A DNA stretch of 64,000 nt, from the NCBI RefSeq assembly GCF_964355755.1, contig NC_092677.1, forward strand, positions 13,476,101-13,540,100, written 5' to 3'. Under the pieces are notes generated by a model that made no database searches, was not told the origin of the DNA, and saw only the letters and a list, made by a program, of their open reading frames with translations. Source of the stretch: Antedon mediterranea (taxonomy: Eukaryota > Animalia > Echinodermata). Numbering within the stretch: position 1 is the first letter of the stretch; each line of letters opens with the position of its first letter. Of the stretch, positions 12,761 to 23,600 are shown piece after piece. The position numbers and the translations under genes were made by a program.

Positions 12761-14292
12761 GCTTTGACTCTTGTTATACGGTATTGTACTGTGATATTGT
12801 GATATCTTGTATATTTTGTAAGATTATTTTAATCCAGACCTTTTTATTTGAATTGCCCTGTGTGGGATGATTAAAGAATTTTGAATTGGATAAAATTGAA
12901 TTGAAATAACATATATTTTTAAGAAGAAAGAAGTATATAATTTTTTACATTTTGAGAATAAAAGGCCAAAAGCAGACATATGCATGATGGCAATACAACA
13001 GAATAGTCTATTAACTTTATACCTCTAAAATGGAACAAATGGATTTGAAAAAAATGACGTCCACCATGATTTTTCATTAAACTCGAGCATTTTCATATAG
13101 GTCATAAATTTTAACCCAAATCTAGGCCTACCAATTGCGCAGCCCTGTTGGAATACAGACTATATTTTCAATTTATGAAATCGGTAGATTGCCTGGATAT
13201 ATAATGTTAATGTTAATAAATTAACTGCAACATTTACTGCAATGACGTCATGATGACGTTTAAAACAATATGGATATTACACAACGTATGATATCCGGGA
13301 TTCGACTCATCACACCACCATTGATGTTTAAAAATATAATTTGGAATTTCCTCACTATTCGAACAACTTAAAATAGATACTGTAGATGCATATCAAAGGT
13401 AGATGAAGACACACCGTTTTGACAGTAAGACCTGTTAGATTTGTTTGTTTTTCTTCAGGTAAATTAATATATTTTATTTCTTAAGATAATATACAGTATT
13501 ATTAATTATATATATCCAACAAGTTATGTTCGATTTCTGAGGGTTTGGAAATTCAGTGTTCATAAAACCATTATCGAATTGTAGGCCTATTTACTTGGAT
13601 CGTATCCTTAGTGTGAGTCACCACAGCAGCAGCTAGGGTGATTGAGGTGTTGTGACGAAGAAAGAACGATAGGCCTACAATGCAAAGATGATGAAAAGAA
13701 CGTTAAGAAAAAGATCTGACCTAATCTAAGTACTGTCCGCGACTCTATAGTTCACTATGTCGGTCGGTCTGTCGGTCTGTCTGTCGGTTCGGTAAAATAA
13801 ATATTATGTGACAATAAAATGACACATTCAAAAACAAATTTGAAATAAAAAAAATTTTTCTGAGGGACAATAATATATCTTTAGAACTGTTACGTCAATA
13901 AGTGAGCAGCGTTTTTTATAAGAAATATTTCTTGTCTAGTACGTCAGGCACAGTTTGTATTATTATAATCGTCTATCATTTTTGGATTTATAATAACAGT
14001 CTCTTAACACTGTGGCCTATTAACCGTGTTTATCATTGGCCTATAGTGTTTGTACTATTTGAGGTATTTTTCCTTGTAGTTGTATTGTCTTAATTATGCC
14101 AAGCAATATGAATTTCCATTTTAAGTGGACCAATAAAATTCCTTGAATTGTGAATAAGATCATCCCTTAATTGCATAATAATCATGGATGTTCATATTGA
14201 ATTTGAAGATGATTGTGTATGATCGGTACATACTCATATTCAAAATAGATGTTCAATTCTATATATTATTATAAAAGTACATTGTGTTAATA

Positions 14293-14778
14293 CCATATTT
14301 ATTCGGATAAACGCTCCGGGAGTTATTGTTCAGGTTTTTTTTCGGGGGACGTTTATTCGTATCGAGGTATGCGTTTATTCGGGGGAGGCATTTATTTTTT
14401 TAGGTGTAATATAATAACATGTATAATCAAATAATACCCCATAGATTTGAAAAAAGTACAACACAATCCATATGTGAAGTGATAAATTACAGTAAAAATT
14501 TTATCAAAATGTTTGATAAATCTTAGGTCATGTCAATCAATGAATTCTACTACAACTAGAAATATGTTGCAATACAATATTGTGTAAATAATATGCATGT
14601 GGCGGGGCGTTTATTGGAGGAAATAAATAAAGGCCCCAGGGCGTTTATTGGAGGAAATAAATAAAGGCCCCGGGGCGTTTATTCGAGAGGGAGGCGTTTA
14701 TTCAAACTGATACTCTATGGGGGAGTTTATTCAAAGCGGGGTTTATTCAAAGCGGGGTTTTTATTCGAGTAAATACGC
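14293..14778. mobile_element. TA-flanked MITE (Tc1/mariner-like) immediately upstream of gene D coding exon 1
   Basis: ta-ccatatttattcggataaacgc ... ttattcgagtaaatacgc-ta inverted ends; internal gggcgtttatt(c/g)g subrepeats. Confidence 0.65.
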
Positions 14779-14806
14779 TACTTTATTTTACAGGGTCCGA
14801 GTCGTA

Positions 14807-16780
14807 ATGGCAGAAAAGTTTCAAAAATTGTTGGCAGACATCAGTGAAGACTATCTTGGTGAGAGGTACCTATGGCTAAGATTGCTTCTGCACGATCACG
14901 TACCGATTGAATGCCTTGACAAGAGTACAACAGGCCTGGAGCTATTCAATGAACTTGGTGATAGTGACTATATTTCAACCAATGATGTGGCTCTTTTGTG
15001 GGACGTGGCTGAGGTTACCTCACAGAAGGCTGTTAAACGTCGTATCAGTGAATACAAAACGTCTGTCCAATGTAGTGACACAGATGGTACAAGATTGACA
15101 GCATATCGGAAAGCTCTATTTAAAACGCTCAGGAATGTTGGAGCCAAAGACTTAACCCAAGTCATTGGCTACTACAACATTAGGGCCCTGGGCTTGAACA
15201 AATGGGATACTGTATTCTATCTCGAGAAGGAAGGCCGTTTGGATAATTCCCAAGAAAAGTGTACAATATTTGCGAACCTTATTAATCAGATGGCAAAAAA
15301 TATGTTACTAGGTAGGGCCTATTTCACATTGACATTTTCACAAGTTTTATATAATCTTTAATGTTGTTATAATATAGTATTTTATATCTAATGGTCCCAC
15401 TCGACAGCGATTTTAATTCACTTTTGGGGTCCTCTTTCTATTGTTCGTTCTGATATTCGTTAATAATGTTCGTTTATTTCATTATTATTACCACTATTAA
15501 TTATAACTATAAATCGTTTACATGCTTTGTTTTCTAGGCCTACTTCTAAAAGAATTGAATCAATAATTCAGTGACATTTTGGACTATAAACTTTATTTAA
15601 GTTTCTTTTGTCTTTTTGGCTAGCTTCTCTATCTGCAGATGATGATCAAACAACGCCATTGAACCAAGCAACGCGATGTGTTCCTGTGAATTCATCCAAC
15701 GAAGTATCAACACCAATGCCTCAACAACCACCTGTTGCTGCCACCAGCACAGGAGTAGCTGCACATTCAACACCAGGAACGTCAGAAGCACAAAGTAAGA
15801 ATCTGACCACTGAAATCTAACGAAGCCTAATATTGCATACTAAAGATTGTTTAGTGATAATTTAGAGATCTAAATATTCAGATAGGCTCATAAAAAGTTT
15901 AGGCCTACAAAATGTCCACACACACACAGGTTTTCATTTCCAAAGCAATCACCCAAAATTATACGTAAATTGCTAATACAATACTCTTCAAAGTATAAAA
16001 CGACGAATATCAGCAATATGCAATCGAAAAATGTATTTACACACCGCTAGACTTGTTACATGAAGTTGTGCACCTTTTATGACCACGTAATCAACACCCG
16101 AGTACACATCATTCTAATTCATATGCCCGTTTATACATTACGTCATTAATTAGTATTAATCAAGCATAATGTATTGTTACTAGTGCCATCACTGTAATTA
16201 AATAGTAATTATGAAAGCGAACTTTAATTTTAATTACTTTTGTTTTTCAGAAATGTCTGAGAATGACTTCCAATTGCTGAAAACTATTGTTTCAAAATAT
16301 TACGACTCCCATGGTTGCTTGGTTATGCTGAAGGTGTTGTTTGCTGATCATGTGAGAAATAAAGCCAAACTAAGCACCATAACTTCTACAATGGATTTGT
16401 TAAATGAGTTAGTTGCATCAGGTGACGTCAGTCATGATGACATCACTATGTTGTATAATACTATCAAATTAACTGGACATTTCGGTTTACAGAATGACAT
16501 AAGAAAACAGTTCAAAACATTTCCCAATGTTAGACAAATACAAATTACCGAATTTACAGAATACAGACAGAAAATAATGCAATTTGGAATGGGAATGAGT
16601 GAAGAGGAAAGAAAGACGATTAATGGATATTATAACAATCCAGTCAAGGACTATACAAACGATAATTGGAATATGATATACGACTTCGAATGCAGAAAGA
16701 TCATTAAAGAAAGAAAAATACAAGAATTTGTCGATATTTTGAAGAAATTAAATCTTACTTGTGCTGCAGAATTGGAATAA
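14807..16780 (+). CDS. Death-fold cluster gene D: tandem DED + linker + tandem DED (four DEDs)
   Basis: Coding exons 14807-15311 (acceptor at 14793), 15624-15794, 16251-16780; all phase 1. First exon resembles gene B exon 1, last exon resembles the last exon of gene C. Confidence 0.8.
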
Positions 16781-18267
16781 TGCTTTAACGGCATACGCCT
16801 GATCAATAATAAAACAATAAATGCTGTCTTTCTAGTCTTAACCTGATTTCTTTTACTGGAAATTTTATTTTATAATAAGCCATCTTTTATATTAATATTA
16901 TATCAACAAATATTTTTAAAATCTATTGGTACAGTTTATATCTGATGACATTTGACCTCTGATCATATAGGCCGAATTAACCTAGGGCCTACGATTGCAT
17001 AATGATCGTACTGGTGACAGTTATTGCCACTGATTATTATTATATAAAACTCATACACACAGCTATTTGCCATGTTGTATTGTGGATGGCCGCAGTATAG
17101 AGATGATAAGATATTGAACTCATGGTTATGATGAACAGTTTACACAGTATTTTATTCTATTTTTTAAACGAACATTTTGTGGTTAATTATAAATCACATT
17201 ATTCAAATTTTAATTATCATACAATGATTATTTTCTCCCTACAATTTTAATAAGTAGTTTAATAGTAGGCCTATCTGTTAGCTGCCATAATACTTTCTTT
17301 TTCAATCTTTCATTGTGTTTTTTAAAAATTTTAAACTTTTTAAATAACTTTTATTGCCTTTTAACTTTGTAATTTGAGATAGATATTTTCAATCTTTGGT
17401 TGCCTCCTGTTTTATATATTTTGATGTTTTTATTTTTCTGTAATAAATACCTTCGTGTTATCAAAGCATGCCTTGTTAAAAGTATACATTGCACATTTGA
17501 GGTACGAGTAGTATAGGACTTGTTTATATCACATATCACGACAACCCCCTCTATCACGCTGCCCTTCTCTGAAGCTTTGAGTTATAGGTAGATGTATTAT
17601 TAGTATACAATTATACTGTACAACAATACACATCTGGTTTATTCGTAACATCATTTTTGTTCTCAAAAGTGTACGCATTTAGTATTAATTAAACCGCGCG
17701 GTATACTTTTACTTTACATTATACATTCGATATTTGTACTTATTCTAATACTATAGCGAGTTAAGTATATGAGGATTTATGACTGAGGTTTTCCTAATAA
17801 CAGGTGAAACGAACATTTTAAGAACAAAAATCAGCAGCACAGCGGAAGTAACCACACGAGTCGATATATTATAGGTAAACTATTATATATCATTTCCTAG
17901 AAACGAATATATTTTAATAATTGATCGTTTTTCAACGGACGGAAGTAAAAAAAAGCACCCCATGTGGATTATAACTGTGCAACCGAGAGCTCATTGAACC
18001 AGGTAAGACGATACTAATTGACAACACATAGTAGGCCTCGTTCAGATGAGGATGTATACATTTGTTAACGTATACTACCGTATTGTGTTAATCATCTATT
18101 AGTCCTATGCAGGGAACGGAACCAGTTTAATACCGTAATAAAATACAGTAATGTTAGAGTAACTTGATCGTCTTTCCTCAAGGTATACGAATACAGTACT
18201 ATACAGCAGAGAGTGTCGTACTGGCTTTGATATTGGTCAAGGTAATAAAAACACATCGGAATTCAAC

Positions 18268-20609
18268 ATGGCAACGCGTCGGGCATTCCTTACTCGGCGA
18301 AAAATACACTCGGTTATTTACTGCTGTAATTCGACAAATGTTTTAGTTGAACAAGGTAGAGTGAACGGGAAATTAAATGTCGATACTAATGTACAAAGTT
18401 ATGAACAGATTCCGGGTCCAAAAGGCTGGCCTTTCCTAGGAACTCTTCCATACTATTTGCTGAACGGAGGCCTTGGCAACATATTTATGAACCAGGTGAG
18501 TTTTCGTATTTTGGATATACTAGCCCACTGATACACCCATCTTACACTATATATATATAGTAGTAAGATCATAGGGAATCTATCAAAAACTAATGAAAGT
18601 GATTACAACTAACGCTTAGGGAAATTTGTGCTACAAAATTGAAATGATTGCCAAAATAATAAAATAAAATAAAAACCAATATTCTAATTAAATAACTAAC
18701 GACAATCAAACCTTTTATTGTCGGATGCATATCGCACTATTAAAAATTGCTTAATAAAGCGTGGTTCCCACTAGCGACGCAACGCAAGGACGTAACGCAA
18801 CGCAAGTGAATTGACCAATCACAAGCGATGGCTTATTCGCTTGTGATTGCTAACTGTCTATAACTTCGCTTGTCATTGGTTGGTTAAAACGCTTGCGTTG
18901 CATTTACGTCCTTGTGTTACGTTCTAGTGGGAACCAAGCTTAAGAAAAATTAATTATATTAATTCTTAAGATAATAATGAATGATCGCGTTGTACAGGTA
19001 TGGCGGATGTGCTATAGGCTCACCCCCCCCCCCCCCCTCCACAATTATCTCCTTACGAGATGAAACAGGTGGCCAAACGCCTGTGTTTTTTTATCTTTAC
19101 TAGATACTAGTCTACGATATACCTATATACTACACGGAGAAATAAAAAAGATGGAATCGTATCTTATCTAGTGATATTAGGTGGATTTAATTCCAAAGGT
19201 TTCCAATAATTATTAGAATAAAAAAAATGAAAGGACGTTTTGAAGTGTAGGCCCTATTCATTTTTATTATAGATAGATTTAACTCGGAAATATGGGCCGA
19301 TCTGGAAGGAGAATATCGGCACACTGCGCATTGTGAACCTAGCCGACCCAGAATTGATCGAAGCTATGTACAGGAACGAGAACAAGTACCCTAAAAGAAT
19401 TGACATGAAGCCTTGGAAAGAATACAGGGAATACAGGAATAAGGAAAACGCTCTTATTACATTGTAAGATTTGGGTCGATTTTTTAATCTTTGTCACCTA
19501 CTGTTACGGGCTTCGCATGAGTCCGAGCGGTTTACTTATGTAGTCATATAGGAGAAACGTCCGAGCGGCTTAATATTTAAAGTTATCAGACAAAGATGAA
19601 CATCAAAAATGCATTAAAGTTAAAATAAGTATATTTCTTTAATGAACAGGCCCTCTTGCTGACCTGTGTCTGTTCACCTTCATACCAAAACTAAAACTAA
19701 ACTTAAAACATATCATCTTAACTATTTAAAAACCCCACTCTGACTTCTGATTGGCCAACAATATTCCAAGTAGTTTGATAAGTTAGCCTTTTTCAAAAAT
19801 TGAGACAAAATTACCGTTAACTTTGTCTGGGGCTTTTTTCTAGGCCACATGGTACCATATGATATGTGTAACTGTAAGAGGAGTAACTAAAGGTTACTGG
19901 ATAATAACCTCTTTAGCATGAGTTATTATCACACCCCCCTACTGAATAAAAGAGTGTGTCACTCTTCTAAAAATAGTATGTCCTTAACTACAGTACTTAA
20001 TAACTAAACCAATATAATATGAGAATATAAAACTGAAATGTTCAAAGTAGTTTCAAATGTTTAGCTTGCAGTATTAAAATTAAAAATGCATTGTTTATAA
20101 TTTTTACTGCTACATCATCAAAAATGTAAAGTTCATTGTTCAAGTTATTGTTCATCAATGGTATGGTGTCCACTGTGTTAAATTTAACTTCAAAATCATA
20201 AAGTGTTCTGCAGTTCTGCAAAAATCACGCTGTCAAAAGTAAAATATCAATCAAATTAATTACATAAAAGTTTTTCTTCAATGCTCCTCATTTCACTGTT
20301 GCACTGCTGTCAATCATAAATGTAAGAGTTCATAAACAGGTCACAGTGTTCAAAGTTTGTATAAAAGAAGATGATGGGGTTAATGGTCACATTCATAAAA
20401 TTCTATGGCAACAGTTCGAGATGCACTTTATGCTTAATTCTACATCTTAAATAATATAATATCATAATAAAGCTGTACTACAATACAGTAAAGTGTCTAA
20501 TACCAAGTGTAAGTTGGTAGTACATATAACCTTCAATATTGTGAAGTGCTCTGGCCAATTGTTAGTTGGTGATGCTAAATATAATCTTTACTGACAATAC
20601 AGATATTAT

Positions 20610-20654
<45 letters not shown>

Positions 20655-23600
20655 ATTTTACACAATTTTTATAATGGTCACAATATATATAGATTCTTTG
20701 TGAGAATCATTTCGTTTGTATCTTAATACTTAATTTTACTATATAAAGTGGGATTATTTGTGATAATCCTTATAACATACACATTTTGGTCTGATGAAGC
20801 TTGTGTACTCACTTAACTATAAATTAAAATAATGCGATGTACCGTATGTTCCCTGAATTACTAACATCGACGTGACAAACTGTCAGCATTGGTGTTTGTT
20901 ATACCTTTGCGATATTGTATATCAAAAGTAAATTGTTGTAGAGTCATTGACCATCTCATTAGTCTATTATTTGAATGGCGGGTATTGTCAAGCCATTTCA
21001 ACGCCTTGTGGTCAGTTATAACTGTAAATTTGTGCCCTTGTAAGTAATATCGTAACTTGTTAATTGACCATACTATAGCTAAACATTCTTGTTCAGCAAC
21101 TGAATAATTTAACTCATTGGGCAACATCCTTCTACTAAGGTAAACAATAGGATGTTCATTACAATCAGTATCTAACTGGCTTAAAACAGCTCCAATTCCT
21201 GTTTTCGATGCATCAGTTTGTAGTAAAAATGGTTTATCAAAGCTTGGTGCTCTTAAAATGGGGTGGGCAATAAGCTGAGATTTTAAATCTGTGAATGCTT
21301 TATCACACTCAGGCGTCCAATTTACTCTCTTAGGTTCGGCTTTTTTAGTCAAGTTTATCAAGGGTCTTGCTATGTCATCATAGTGTAGAATAAACTTCCT
21401 ATAATACCCTGTCAATCCCAAAAATGACCTGACATTTTTCTTAGTTTGAGGGGTAGGGAATTTCTCTACCGACTCTATCTTATCTAACATAGGCTTTATT
21501 TGGCCATCCCCTATGGTATGTCCAAGGTAGTTTACAGTGCTGTTAGCAAATTTCGATTTAGATGGCTTAATAGTAAGACCAGCTTCTGAAATTTTACTTA
21601 ATACAATATCTAAATGATTTAAATGATCTTGCCACGTATTAGAGAAAATCGGTTCGCAATATCGTCAATATATTGTCTGCAAAATGCGGAACATCCCATC
21701 AACACAGTATCAACTAGCTTTTGAAATGTCGCACTAGAATTCATCATACCGAACGGCATGACCCTATATGCAAACTGCCCAAAAGGTGTCACAAATGCTG
21801 ATTTTGCTTTTGCTTGCGGATCTAGAGGTACCTGATAAAATCCCTTAGTCAAATCTAGGGTTGAGATATATTTAGCTTTAGCTACTTCATCAAGTATCTG
21901 ATCTATCCTAGGAATAGGATAAGGATCAAATTCAGTTATCTTGTTCAATGCACGGTAATCAGTGCACACGCGAATATCACCGTTAGGTTTTGGTACAACG
22001 ACAATAGGAGATGCATATGCACTAGTTGACCTCTCAATGACCCCTAGACTCAACATACTGTCCACCTCTTCTTTGACTTTTGTCATCATTGAATGTGGTG
22101 TCCTGTAAGCACGTTGTCTGATTGGTGTTTCATGAGTAGTTTTTACTGTATGTGTAAGTACATTAGTTTTTCCAGGCACATCAGAAAATGCCTTAGTATG
22201 TTTCTTAAGTGTATTGGTTAGTTCCCGTTTTTGTTTTGTAGAAATGGAGTCTGCAATTTTTACATCTTTCCATGTTTGTGTTTGTTTATAGGATGGACCT
22301 ATACTGTCATCAAGAAATTGTGTTTCGAGATCATAATCAACAGGCTGAACAAGTGATTCATTGCCTATTTCTTGAATTACCCCAGTTACACAGTAACATT
22401 GAGATATTTGCCGAGCGTCTTCTTGTGTGTACCATTTTTTGATTAAGTTAGCATGTATAATTCTATGAGATTTACGTTTATCAGGCATATGTATTTCATA
22501 ATCCACCTCACCAACCTTTTTAGTGATTTTATATGGACCTTGCCATTTCGAATCCAACTTTCCCGCGCCTTCTGGGAGGAAAATTAAGACCTCTTCACCG
22601 ACTTTATAGTGTATATCTTTTGCAGTTCTGTCGTAATAAGATTTCATTTTCTGTTGCTTTTTCTGTTTAGTGTGATTTGCACTAGCCATCCATTTAGTTA
22701 AGTTGTGAGCTATCCCTAACAAGTGTGAAGGTATGTCTGTTTGAGTGTTCTCGCCAAGGAATCCTTGCTTAATTAAGCTTAAGGGACCCCTTATTTGTCT
22801 ACCATATAGTAAGTGAAATGGTGAATATCCTGTGAATTCACACGGTACTTCTCTATAAGAGAATAACAGCAATGGAATATACCTATCCCAGTTTTCTCGT
22901 TGGACATGAGACAGCGAATTTATCATAAGTTTCAGTGTACCTATAAAACGCTCCGTAAGTCCGTTAGTCTGTTGGTGATAAGGCGTAGTAGGAATTTTCT
23001 CAATTCCCAATTTTTTGCATAGTTCTACGATAATTTGAGACATGAAGTTGGTACCTTGGTCATGAATAATTTGACTAGGTAAACCCACTCTCGAAAATAC
23101 AGTGATTAAACTCTGTGCTACAGTTACCGCGGTTTGATCGGGTATTGCAATGGCTTCTGGATATCTAGTTGCATAGTCGCACAATACTAAAAGATATCTA
23201 TTTCCATCCTCTGTAACACAAAATGGACCTGCAATATCTATTCCAATTCTTTTAAACGGAATATCAATGATTGGTAATGGTCGCAATAGTTGTTTTTGTT
23301 TCTTTGTTTTTGTCAAATACTGACATTGAGGACATGTTTTACAATGTTCTCTAACTTGATGGTTTATTCCAGGCCAATAAAAATGTTGGGTTATCCTATC
23401 CTGTGTCTTTTGGACACCTAGATGTCCAGTTTTGTCATGAGCTATATTTATAATGTGTTCTCTGTACTCCTGTGGTACAACTATTTGGTCATCGATTTGT
23501 TTGCGGAAACGTGTCTGTGGTTGGCATTTTCTCATTATAATTCCATTTTCTTTATAAAAACAGACATCTTGATCTTTTGTGCATGATTTATCTTTTACCT

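Noticed and set aside
2133-16780. Caspase-8 or c-FLIP-L genes
   Set aside because: No caspase domain (QACxG-type motif) seen; the terminal DED and DD exons end in stop codons.
21619-21660. Programmed ribosomal frameshift in pol
   Set aside because: It falls inside the RT catalytic core, lacks a slippery sequence, and is explained by a 5-bp insertion.
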